A stretch of 64,000 nucleotides of DNA from Phyllosticta citribraziliensis (GCF_038025025.1 NW_027117347.1:124001-188000); one strand, 5' to 3'. Shown: positions 24,628-36,906, counted from the first letter of the stretch. Notes: a model not told the origin generated them from the sequence alone. Program-made: numbers and translations.

Positions 24628-26474
24628 ATGGGTTTCTCAGGGTTTGAACATACCGGCTTCCTCGGCGGGAAGATTGGCGGCAAGGCGCTGCAGATTGGCG
24701 TCTGTATCACGGCCGCGTCTGGATTCTTGCTTTTCGGGTACGTCTCACACTACTTGTGACTGTACGCTGCTGACGGTCGCAGTTACGATCAGGGCATCAT
24801 GTCGGGCATCATCTCCGAACCCTTGTTTCTCGAGGACTTTCCCTTGATGGACAGCAACTACAAGGACGGCGCCATCCAGGCCCTTGTCGTTGCCATTTAC
24901 GAAGTCGGCTGTCTCCTCGGTTCATTCTTCATCATCGCATACGGCGATAAGCTGGGAAGAAGAAAGTCTGTGTTGATCGGCACCGTGTGGATGTTGATCG
25001 GAACCGCAATCCAAGCCTCTGCCACGACCATGGGACAGCTCATCGTCGGTCGAATCGTCACGGGACTCGGAAACGGCATGAACACGTCGAGTATTCCAGT
25101 CTGGCAATCTGAAATGGCGCCGCCCAAGATTCGTGGCTTCCTCGTGCTATTCGAGGGTGCGCTGATCACCGGAGGCATCATGGTGTCTTACTGGTAAGTC
25201 CGAAATGCGACCTGCACGACAATCACTGACCGTTCAGGATCAACTACGGCTTCTGGTTCATCACGCAATACGGATCTTTCCAATGGCGCTTCCCCATTGC
25301 GTTCCAGGCAGTCTTTGGATTTCTCTTGATCGTCGGCGTCCTGGCCTACCCCGAATCCCCACGCTGGCTGCTCAAGCACAACAAGGACACGTCTGCGCTC
25401 CAGATCATGGCGCATCTGCGCGACACGAGCGTCGATGATGTGGAGCTGCTCGCCGAGATTGACGAGATGAAGAAGATTAACGCCATCACGGGCGGCAAGA
25501 AGCTCACCGTCAAGGAATTCTTCTCCAAGGGTCCCGAGATGAACCGCTGGCGTGCTCTGATTGCCTTCTCCTCTCAGGCGTTCCAGCAGATTGGCGGTCT
25601 CAACTTGGTTACCTAGTAGGTTGCCCCTCCCCCTTTTTGAAACACTCCTAACATTCACAGCTACGCCACCACCGTCTTTGAAGACTCTCTTGGGTTCGAC
25701 GCTGAGCTCTCTCGCCTCATGACTGGCTGCCTGGGAACCGAGTTCTTCATTGCAGCCCTCGCCGCCCTATTCGTCGTCGACCGCCTCGGCCGCCGCCGTC
25801 TCATGCTCTGGGGCGCCATGGGCATGGCAGGATCCCTCCTTATCGTCGGCGCTTGCCTGTCGGCCGGTACCAAGCCGCCGGCGTATGTTGCGACCGTTTT
25901 CATCTTCGTCTACAATTCGTGCTTCGCGTTAGGCTGGCTCGGGGTGACTTGGCTTTATCCTGCTGAAATTACACCCATAAGAATAAGGGCCGAGGCCAAT
26001 GGGTTGAGTACGAGCGCGAATTGGATATTTAATTATGCCGTTGTGCAATTGGCGCCCATAATGATCAACAAGGTACGTTGTTGTGGTTTTTCGGAGCCCC
26101 TGAAAACCCCCAGGACCCCCACCCCACCCCACGACCCCACGCTAACAAACACACTCCAGATCGCATGGGAGACGTACTTTGTCTTTATGTGCTTCAACTT
26201 TGCCTTCATCCCGATCGTCTACTACACTTTCGTCGAGACAAACGGCTACCCGCTCGAGAAGATGGACGCAATCTTCGCCGAGGCCTACGAGAAGAACGAG
26301 AACCCCGTCTGGACGGAGCGCCGCGTGCGCAAGGGCGAGGTCCTCGACGTCGAGAAGACTATTGCAGATGCGGAGCGCGTTGCGGAGGCCCGTCACGATT
26401 TTCCTGCTCGTACCAGCTCCGAGAGCAGCGACGCCGATGCGTTTAAGAGCGGTGCTCAGCGCAAGGAGGGTTAG
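24628..26474 (+). CDS. MFS sugar porter (STL1/hexose transporter-like)
   Basis: LFGYDQGIMSG, DKLGRRK, PVWQSEMAPPKIRG, WRFPIAFQ, PESPRWL, VDRLGRR, WLYPAEITPIRIRA and FVETNGYPLE. Four introns. Confidence 0.95.
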
Positions 26475-27169
26475 AAGGCCGCACCTTGCGCTGTCTTCTC
26501 TTGACCGGTCCATCTTCTGGAGGGAATATTGAAAGTGTTCCGCGCAGGAATTGGCCGTTGTTGGGGACCATGCAGCGAGCACTCCCTTTTCTCAACTTCT
26601 TTTATTTTCCTTTCCCTTGTTTTCGCTTTTCATGATACCACGAGACGCAACACGCATTGATGGAGTTGTTTGACATTGGACCAAATACCACTGTTTGTAC
26701 AAGACTGTAAGATAGATAGAGCTGGGGCTGCATTGTCATGACTTATGAGAGATCCCCCCACGAATCTTGGATACAAAAATCATTTTTTCTGAAATTGGCA
26801 CGGGCGGCATTGTTTGATTTGCATGGCTTCTCCCTGGATAACTGCGACAGCTGATGAATGCTCCGTCAGCGCAACTGGTGGTGGACGGACGCAGGCTGCA
26901 TAAGCTGCAGTGTTGTCCGGTTGCTCTGTAAGTACACGCACACCTCTGATCTGTTGCCAGCACTGATGAGGATTGCAGCCAACACTATCACCGCGATGCT
27001 TGGAGCATTCAAGCCCACCGTCGGGTCTCTGGTGTTGCCTGAGGAATTTCCCCGGTTTGGTGTTGAGCCGACCCGCTGAGGAAGTCGCGCCTGCCTCGAC
27101 GTCAACACCCGCCACCACCTCCCACTCCAACACCGTCCCCTCTGCATCGCCGCCTCGTCCTTTGGCCCA

Positions 27170-29097
27170 ATGGACCCGCCAGCCCCATTTGACTCGCTGA
27201 GGGGAGGCGACGTCGGCTCTCCACTCTCTCGCACAGCCCAAGATCGCTCGTCCTTCACGAACGCTCTCAACATGGCCTCGCAGACAGTCGCAGGTTCGTC
27301 TCCCACCGAATCCTCAAGCTCCGCTGACATGCGCAGATGAAGAGAGGCGCCTGGTCGCACAGGTCGTCTCCTCAGCCCAAAAGCTTCCAGCCCTTCGCGC
27401 TGAAAGATTCTCGACCGAGAGAGCCGTTGCACAGTTTTTGCTGGAAGCTCTGTTCAACAGTTCTGGACAATATGGGGCTGTTTGCCAGGATGCCGCGAAA
27501 GAACTTGTTTCCCAAGGCCACATTCGCTTCGAGGCGTCTTTCCAGGAACAAACTCCAGCTCAGGCCCCACAAACTTCTACGATTGAATGCTCCAATGCCG
27601 TCGCCCAGGTTCAGGCTCAGCCGCCTCCCCCCAATGCTCCGGGCAGCAGACCGGTAATCAAAGTCGAAGACCCCGAAGACGGCCCTCTCGATCTCGACAA
27701 TGGTAATCCACCTCACCAACACCAATGCGCATCGCTTACATTCGTAGACGCCGTCAAGAAGTTGTGGGTTCAGAAGGTCGTCTCCAAGTACGAAGAGCTG
27801 GGCTTTTCGGCTCCCGCACGCCACTTCCCTGACAGGTCTGAAGCCCACATCCACGTTCGCAACGCCATGATCGGTAAACTTCATTTACCCGTGTTCAAGT
27901 ATCACGACGGCTGGACGGCCTTCTCGATTCTCTGCCGAGGAGCCTTTGAAGAGCTTGTTCTCAACCGACACATTACCTTCCCAATTGTACCTGTGGAGCA
28001 AACGAGGCAGCCGGCCAAACCCGTCTCCAAACCCTCCCAGAAAAAGAAGGCGTTCACCGCCAAGGACAAACCCTCCAAAGAAGCCGACAAGCTTGCGGGT
28101 AATTTCTCTTGACTCTTGGAAGACCTGTACTGACAGCGAGACAGACGAGTGGATGGAGCGCCTCTTGAACAGTGTTACTTCTCAGCCTCCGCTACCTTCC
28201 CCCCGAACGTTCTTTGACCGAGACGCAGCATTGAACTTTCTAGTCCAGTCAGTGCGTGCCAGGTTCCAGCTCCCCTCTCTCGATAAGAAGACGGAGCAAC
28301 GGTGGGCAACTTTGTGTCAAGCAGCCTTGGACACGCTCAAGGCACAGGGTCACATTGACTTTCCGACAAGGAGGGAGGAGAGAGCGAGCCGTAGAGTGAA
28401 AAAGGCTGCGATCGGACACGAATGCTCCCCAGACGACACCAAATGGGTCGAAGCGTACAAGTCGGGATGGAACGAAGGCCATCAGCGTGGACGTTCAGAA
28501 GGCTACCAGGCCGGTCGGGCGGATGCATACGCAGAAGCAATGCAGCAGCTTCTCCAGAAGCGACCTGTCCATGGCCAGTATGAGCAAGGCACAGGTCATG
28601 CTCGCATTGCGGCAGCCCCCGTTCCTTCGCAGCAGATCGGCAATGGCACACTCGGAGCTCAACATCAGAGTGAGGCGATCAAGCTAGCCTCTGGCCCATT
28701 CATCGCAGGTGTGGGCAGTCGGCAGTCCACGGGTGCGAAGATCTTCAACGACCTTGCCAACACGAATCGGTATCGCTCTCCGGCCCTTGAGTCGCTGTCT
28801 ACTCACAGAGAAAGCCTGTCTCCGTCCCGCCCTCAGCGTCGTCTCGAACCACCGTATCCCAACCATGCCGTCCGGAATGCGATTGGCTTTACTCCCATCA
28901 ACTCTGGACAGGCTCCGTTCGGCCACCCGTCTCCCTCGAGATTCGTCCAGACGCCCCGCGGACTCTCGGTTTTGGCGTCGGGTGCGGAACAGGGAGCGTT
29001 CGAGCGACCTGACTCTACGTCGAGGAAGCGGGCATGGACGGAAATCGACGGCGGTACTCAAGCCAGCCAAGAAATGCAGAGGAAATTCCTGCGTTGA
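27170..29097 (+). CDS. Orphan protein with three copies of an unrecognised ~65-80 aa module, a GxxxG-repeat helix and a C-terminal basic NLS-like signal
   Basis: ATG 27170. Introns 27294-27336, 27703-27747 and 28099-28144 (all GT-AG, phase 1) give a continuous frame to stop 29097. Confidence 0.75.
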
Positions 29098-29718
29098 GAT
29101 GACAGCACCCCTTGGGAAAGGGAATGGTGTCCACGTTTGCGGTTTGATCTCAAGTGTATTGTACCGGTAGCATGGTTCTGATTGGGATGAGGGGCAGGAA
29201 GTGGGTGGTCTGATTGCTGAGCGTGGATGACAGGAGCAGTAAAGCATCAATATCAGAAATCCGAGTATTCTACCGTATGCGATATTCACCTGTCTCAAAT
29301 CGGGCGCAGTTTGCCGGCGACAGGTTGGTGTTTTGTATACATTTGCTTCAGACTTCTTTGAGGGCGGGATGTGTGTGAGAGTATCCAGGGAGCAAATTCT
29401 GAGCACCACTCGCATACAGGCAAGTCAGGTATGGGACAGTCAGACGTTGAAGACAATTCATACCTCATATTCAGTCTGTATGTCGTGTCGAGTTGAAGAA
29501 CGTACTCATCATGCCATCAATCAAGCAAAACGTCGCACATGCGGCCAGAATCATGTAGAAAACTCAGGAACAAAACACTGGAAAGCAAACTGCCAGCAAA
29601 CCCGAACAAGCTCCTTGCACTCCACCACGCACCGCCGACTGCTCAAACTCGAGCCACAAGAGCAAGGAAAACAAGAAAAGCTCAACCACACATGGTCCAT
29701 TCAGGAGATGCGCTACTG

Positions 29719-31068
29719 CTAGAGGCGGTTCCTCTTCTTCGCTTGCGGTTCCGTCTTGATCTCGCCTTCCTCCAACGACACGCTCCTCTTTCGTGCCATG
29801 GATGCCGTTTGCTGGCGGGTTCGGCCCAACGTATTAATTCCTGGAACGGCCGTAGTCTGAGCTTCACCACGAGAGTTGTTGCTGACAGAACTCAGACCTT
29901 CTCCAAGAGGAGGTGGTTCGAGAATTGGGGATCCACGAGGACTCTTGGGGAGCGTGCTGGTCCTCTCAAGTGCGTCGACTGACTCTGCTGCGTCCTCTAC
30001 AGAAAACTCTGAAAGCCCACGGGTGTGTGCAGTGCCAGAGTCCTCAGGTCCCGCTGAGTTGAAATGCTGCCTCAGAACCATTTCGGCTCTCATTTCAGCT
30101 CGTCCCGCGACGCGTCCGGCCTTGAAGCCGTCCGAATATCCGCTTCGACGGGCCTCGTTCACTGCCGCTTTGAACTCAGGTGTGTTTTCCACAGAAACAT
30201 TGACCGGGGGTGTCGGAGCTTCGGGTTTGACTGCGGGTGTCGGAGGGGTTCGTACGTGCTCGGCAGGCCATCGGAGGTGGCCTGCTCTCTCGAGGGCGTT
30301 GAGAGCTAGATCGCAGGCACTGTCGAACGATGACCTTCCTTGATCTCTTGCAGGAGTGAAAATATCAAACTTGTTGAAGACCTTGCTGACCAAGTAGTTC
30401 CTGGCGGAGCCCCGACCGACGAATTTCTTGGGGCGCTGTTTCTTTGGAACGGCAGCAGTGGCAAAGAACTTCTTGACCCAATCGTCTTTGTTGGCTAGGG
30501 ATGTAAGCAAGAATCACCTGGGGTGTCTCGATCGACCTACCTGCGTTCAAGGTTTCAAGGAGGACTTGAACTTCGTCTTCACCAGACTGCTGTCTATCAC
30601 GCAGGCTAGCCGTTGGGTAGCGTTGAACTGGAACCAGGTCCTCCTTCAGAGCGCAAGCTTCGCGTGAGTCCTGAGCATTCTCAAAACTGATGGATCCTCG
30701 AGTCATGAGCTCCTTGATGACATCTTCGCAAAGGATGCTCAAGGCAGCAGTTCTGCCATGGCCCTTGAAGACAGGAATATCGAGCTTCTCCTCAAGAGTG
30801 GCGATGATGTTCCCTTGGACATGCGCCTTGTTCGGAAATCGGCTTGCAGAGTCGCGAGGTAGCTTTTTCGCTGCTTCTTGGTAAGTCGTCAAGGCAAGAC
30901 CAGCCCAATGCTTTCGTACGGCTGTGTATGTCAGTACATGTCAATCAAGAGGCTGGATGGAGCAGAGGCACCTCCGCTCAGGTCGATGCGAACTTCATCA
31001 ACAGGATCCTCCAGTTTGACCTCGACGGAGTCTTCGAGCTTCACGGCAGGCTGCCCGTGTGAAGCCAT
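29719..31068 (-). CDS. Orphan protein paralogous to 27170-29097, with two copies of the module
   Basis: ATG 31068 in ACCATGG context. Phase-1 introns at 30922-30971 and 30495-30540. KLDIPVFKGHGRTAALSILCEDVIKEL aligns with KLHLPVFKYHDGWTAFSILCRGAFEEL. Confidence 0.75.
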
Positions 31069-31405
31069 GGTGAGAGCGGAGTGGAGGTAGTATCATGAGC
31101 TTGCAGAGGACGAGGAGGATGAAAGGGTTTGGAGGGTGTGGGAGAGAGAAGCCTTTCAGGTGGACGGGTGGCAGATGGCAGGCGCCCACACAGGCAGGCG
31201 CGACTTCCCCAGCACGCCGCTCGCCAAACCCACCACCCACAACACCACAACCCTCGACAAAACCCCACAACCTTTGCCTCTCTACGCCGCATCCAACGAA
31301 ACGCGGTACGCTGCTCCCTCGTCCTACGCTGCGCAATTTTGGAGTTCCGCCCGCCGTACCTTTGCTGACTCGACTTTGCAGCAGCTCGCGACCGGTGCAG
31401 CCACG

Positions 31406-32301
31406 ATGCCCCATCGGCAGGATTCCATGGAGCCTGAAGAGGCCCCGTCTCCAACGGCCTCTGGAGGCACCTTTGCCCTTCCGAGGTGAGTCACTTGCCC
31501 AGATCGTCGTGGTAGCAGAGTGCACAGCTTCACGCGGGTGACCGCTCCAACATTCGCTTCCGGTGCAATGACGTCACTGGTGACTGGTACGGTGCATGGG
31601 CACTTTTCGACGCTTTCTGGGCGCGTCATTTGCTGTGCATCGGGCTTCTCGTCTTTATGGCTTGATACTCGTCCAGACAGCCCCTCTCCCCTCCCCTTCC
31701 CTCTCTCTGTCCTTCCCGGCTTTTCAACTTTGTCGATGAAGCTAACTTGGGATAGTTGTTTTTTCACCAATGCCTTCCTCCTTGGTCTCGATGAAGACCA
31801 TACCGTGTCGTCGGGCCCCCTTATGCTCTTCAGCACTGGCAGCGGCAAATGCTCCTCTGTGCCGGCGCCTACCCCTGAGGAAGCCCGCATGCCGGCGCCC
31901 CAGGTCGACGAAGTAGAAGAAGACGCTGCTGAGGAAGAGGACGAGGAAGGCAATGGAGAGGAAGATGAAGAAGCTAAAAACAAGGGGGAGTACCATGACG
32001 CTCTTGTGAGCTGCTCGGCTCGTGTTGATTCGGTGGTGTGGTGGGAAGAGAAGCTGCGTGGCAAGGTCAATCCCAAGCACAAAATCTTCAAGATGGTGCT
32101 CGACATGGCCATCCTGGAAGAGTTCTGGACTCACAGGGGAGCGCCGGCGACATGCGAGTATGCCAACCCAAGTCCCTGCCATCGTCTAACAAACATGTTC
32201 CAACTAACAATCTCTCTAGGGGATGCGGCGAGCTTTCGGAGCAATACTTCGAAGAGGCCCCTGCTCATTTCTTCTGCCCTGCCTGTCTTCCAATGGTCTG
32301 A
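31406..32301 (+). CDS. Hypothetical small acidic protein with C-terminal CxxC..CxxC zinc ribbon
   Basis: Proposed introns 31486-31755 and 32158-32219 give ...DEVEEDAAEEEDEEGNGEEDEE...ATCEGCGELSEQYFEEAPAHFFCPACLPMV*. Confidence 0.5.
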
Positions 32302-33048
32302 TGCTCTCCCATCTCGCCCGGGCGTTGAGGACAGGGTGGTTAGTGCCAAGTGCAGCTGCTGTGGTCAATGGATGGCCCCAGCCGCGGGGAGGCGGCCGAA
32401 CCACTTGAGTAGGACAATCGGAATTCAGGACTCGTCGCCATCGCTTGCCTCCGCATAGCCCAAGAAGTCCAAACCATTCCAGAACATCGAGATCAAATTG
32501 ACCTTGGCGTAGCGCCCGCCATCTGAGGAGTGATTTGTCCGTCACCATTGTGGAGCATCCCTGCCCGAGTACGTAGAAGGATGAGGAGCATTCGTGTGCA
32601 GCTGCTGCGGTTCAAGTGTTCATTCCATCATTCATGAATCGTTGCGTTACTCGTCTCCCGTCCTGTCCTTTCTCTCATCACAGCCCGTCCATCCTGTCCA
32701 GTACTGTCCATTCGATTCAAACGCAAAGATCAAACGAGATAAAACCAAACGCCCCACCCTCTTTTCATTCCGTCGTGTTGTCGTCGTCGTCCGCTGGGTA
32801 TCGTATCTTCTGTTCGCTTGCTCGCTCTCCTCTCTTCCTGTTTCGTTGGGCTCTTCCTCTTGCTTCGTATGCACTCCGCTTCTCGCACCGACTCGGCACG
32901 GCTCGTCTCGTCTGGTCTCTTCCTTTGCGTCGCCAGCAAGTCGCTCATTGTAGAGCAGGGCCGGTCGACGTGGAGGACTGAAACTCGGTAGGCGCCCGCG
33001 TCCTCGTCCAAATGAACCTGACGGCAGCACCAATGCCACCAGCGCCAA

Positions 33049-35916
33049 TCAATCGCGATTGATAACCCGCAAGCTGCGCCGCGGATTCAGCAACACGCCG
33101 TGCGCGCCCCAGAAAGACGGCTCCTGGCCGGCGAGGAGGTCGTCCGTGCTGCTGGCGTTGCTGCGCGGCTGTGGCGGCATGAGGCCTGCACCGCTGCCGT
33201 ACCGCTCGCGTTCTCTTGCTCCACCACCAGCAGGCAACCCGTTGCCCGCCCACCCACTGTTGTTTACCGCCGCAGTCCCGCCAACAACGGCGCCCACGCC
33301 CTCGCCCTCGCCCCCGAGACTCGTCTGCGCGCTGTGCAGGGCGTTGTTACCGCCCGAACTCCCCGTAAACGTCCCCGTGCCGGTGCTGCTCCCCCACAAG
33401 CCGGCGCCGAGCCACTGCCCACTCCCACTGCCATACTTGCCGTGCGAGTGGCCAATGGCCGCGCCGGCCGCCAGCGCGCGCTCGCGGTCGCGCTCGTAGC
33501 TGGTCTTGCCGCTGGAGCTGGACATGTCGACGCTGCCGTGCGTGGCGGGCAGCATGGCGGCGGCGCCGAGCCCGCCCACGACGGCCTTTTCGTTGTTGTT
33601 CCCCGACCCGCCGGACGCCGAGTTGTTGATCGAGGCGTTGCGCCCGTGGTGGCTGGGGCTGCTGTGCGCCATGGCCATGTGCCGCTTGTACAGCGCGACC
33701 TGGCGGCGGTAGATCCAGGCGCAGAAGCCGAAATACGCAGCGCCGACGCCCGCAACGCCCGCAATGACGCCCGCGACGATGGCGCCGATGTTGGGCCCCG
33801 TCGACGAGTCGGTCGTGTTGTTGATGGTCGAAGTCGTGGTGGCCGTGGGCCCGCTGATGGTGTACGTCAGGGGCTTGCCCGTGGCCAGGGGGCCGGCGGA
33901 AGCACTCTGAGCCGGCGTCGTCGCCGTTGCGCCGCCCGTCGCGTTGCCCCCGACGACCTTGACGACGGGCGACGGGACGAGGTACGAGTAGGAGCCCTCG
34001 AGGCCGGCCGACACGTTGGACCCGGCCTGGTTGGGGTGCTGCGAGAAGGGATTGATCTCGCGGTCCGACAGCGCCGTAAACCGCGTCGCCCACTCCAAAC
34101 TCGACGTATTAAACACGTAGACGCCGGGCGAGTCGCACGACAACTCGGTCCCGACGTAGCCGCCGACCAGCACCAGCTGGCCGTCCCAGATGTTGCACGT
34201 GTGGCCGGCGCGCGCGTACGGGATGCTCTGGTCCGTCTGGTCGACGGCGATCCACGTGAACGACGGCATGGTCAGGATCCACATGTCGCTGTATTGCGTC
34301 TGGTCGTTGCCCAGGTCCTGCCCGCCGAACATGTACATGTTGTAGGAGGAGCCGTCGGCGGCGGCGGCCACGACGGCGCAGGGGTTGACGCGGATCTTGG
34401 GCGCCGTCCCTGTCGTTGCTTGCTTGTACCACGTCGACGAGGAGATGTCGTAGACGTCGAGCACGTTCATTTGCGTCTGGCTGCGTCAGTTCTGTTGCGT
34501 TGCCGGTTGGAGTGACTCACAAAAGTCGAATTGGTCCCGCCGGCCAGACCGACCAGAATGCCCTCGGGCCCAAAGCCCGGGACAAACACCAATATGCCAT
34601 CGGCGCGCTCGGGGAAGCCGCTGGTCTCCTGCAGGCCGCCCTCGGTGACGTTGCGCCACACGCCATCGGCGCCGGCCGTCTTGAGGTCCGCCACCTCGCC
34701 ATTGCCGTAGCCCGGAAAGGTGTACTCGACCAAGCTCTTGAGGTAGACGCGAGAAATCTGATTCGACCAGCCCTCAGTCGTCCACGTATCGAGGTGGCCG
34801 CCAAAGTAAAAGCCACGACCGAGCGAGGCAATGTTGACACCGGCGCCCTCGGCCGCGCGCTGCACGCTCTGCCCGGCACTCGCGGCGTGGGTGCCGGCCG
34901 ACGTCTTGGGGCTGGGATGCTCTGTCCACGCCGCCGAGCCGATGGCGTACTCCCACAGCGAAAAGGCCGGCGGGTAGTCGGGCTTGTTGCCGTTGGTCGA
35001 GTCCTGGAACTCGCCGCCGTACAGGAACAGCGAGGAGCGCGAATTCCAGAGGTACGCCAGCGAGACGGCCGGGGGCCCGGACGGCTTGGGGAGGCCGGTG
35101 AAGGAGGGGGACGAGATTTGCCACGACTTGGACAGGTCGAGGGAGAGGAAGTCGTTGTCTGGGGGCGTCAGATGTGGAGAAGTGGTTTTGATTTGGCGTT
35201 TGAAGTTGCTTACTCCATGTATTGCTCGACTGCGAGGCATCCGTCTTCGCCCTCCCACCATAGACATACAAGGTGCCATTGACAACGGCAGCTAAAGACA
35301 AACATCAGCACGGCGCGCCTCACTCTAGAATCTCAAAGAACTCAAACATACTGGCTTGGCTCCACCGCGTACAAACATCCGTCGGACTATTCTCTCGCTT
35401 GACGAGCAAGTCGTTTCTCCCCTTTGCGCCGCCGCTCCATTCCTTGTAGTCCACCCGCGGCACGCCGGCTTCTGCGCCCCACATGAACGTCCGCCTGGAG
35501 CCAGCCAGGACGGGCAGCAGCACGACGGCCAGCAGCACCATCAGCCCAATCTTGTAGCCGGTCCACCAGCCCGGCTGGTTGCGGACCGCCGCTATCCTCC
35601 GCGATCCTCTACCGAGCAGCTCATCCTCCTCTTCAGACTCTCCTCCTCTTTCTCGCCTCGCGCGGTTCGTGACGGCTCCCCCAAACACCTCGGCGTCGGG
35701 CGTAAACCGCACCTTGCCGCTGGACCTGCCCGCAGCCGCCACGACGGGCACGACGCCGCCTCCGGGCGTGGGAAAAGGCACGAGGGTGGCATCGTCGCCG
35801 TCCAGCAGGCCCACCTCGCGGAAAATGGATTTGCGCCGCGGATTGGCGGCGGTGATGGGCGGCAGCATTTTGGGCGGCGCGGCCACGGTCGACGTCGACG
35901 ACGAAGGCCGGCTCAT
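33049..35916 (-). CDS. Kelch-repeat membrane protein
   Basis: Kelch motifs LYVYGG, LFLYGGE, GFYFGGH, MYMFGGQ and ARAGHTC..VLVGGY; TM helix IGAIVAGVIAGVAG..WIYRRQ. Three introns. Confidence 0.88.
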
Positions 35917-36878
35917 GTCGTGTGGGGTATTTCGTAGTGAAGTGGGGGAAAGGAAGGGAGGGAGAGAGGATTCGCGAAGGAATGGCGTAGGTGTAGAGCA
36001 GTGAGTGTAGACGGAGCAGCAGCAAGGCGCATCGACGCCAGCCTGGGCAGATGGATGGACGTCGAGTGACGTAAGACGGAGCAGCAAGCAATCTAACGAG
36101 AGCAAGCAAGAAAAAAGGCGGGTGGGCGCGCGGGCGCGGCCTTGACGCTCGCAGCCTATGTCCAGAGTGCCGTCCAGGCAGTATCCAGCTCGCCGGGGAA
36201 TTCCTCTTCCAAACAAATCAGCGCGTCGACCAGCGAGCGAGCGTGATTTCGGGCGGGCGAATGGGGACGGCCCTTTTGAAGCGGTGCGGTTGATGCGGAG
36301 GGAGGGATTGCGATGCGCAATGTGCGTTTTCTTCTCTTTTGCCGAGCGGGCCTGCCGTCAGCTCTCTTTTCCCCGCAAGCTGGCGCACGGAGGAGATGAG
36401 TTGGTGGTTGGTGGTTGGAGCTGGTGGATGTCGAGATGACGTCGGGGATCGGTCGCCACCTGGCCGGGGCGCTGTGTGTGGAGAGGCCCGCAGCGAGTGA
36501 TGATGAGCGCGCCGATCAGCGACTGGCTGTGTTGGTGGATGATCGGCGAGGCAATGGATGGAATAGAGGATGAAAGCGACAGTCGAAGAAATGAAGGCGA
36601 TTCTCGTCGTTTGATCTCGTTCCTTTAAAAAGGCGCCGCAACCACAGCCAGAGAGCACAAAGCGACGGACGGACGTGGTGTAGCGAATGCAACGTCGATG
36701 GACAATTACACAAGAAGCGATTGGCAGAGAGACGATGTAGAGAGGGAGGAGGGTGAGCGAGAAACAGGAGGTGCTGTGGTTGTACATACATGCCATGTCA
36801 AATGTCACGGCGAGCCCAATCAGGCATAGAGTTTAGCTGCCGGTTTCGAGTACAGCAGGTGCGCGCCCTGTGGCGGTG

Positions 36879-36906
<28 letters not shown>
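36879..36906. repeat. (CT)14 microsatellite
   Basis: Read directly from the sequence. Confidence 0.95.

Noticed and set aside
10402..26474. Secondary-metabolite or degradation gene cluster (peptidase, CDH, MFS transporters, GST)
   Set aside because: No backbone enzyme or transcription factor and no shared pathway evident.
33100..35282. + strand ORFs of 471 and 288 aa
   Set aside because: Antisense to the kelch gene; Arg/Ala-rich non-coding composition.
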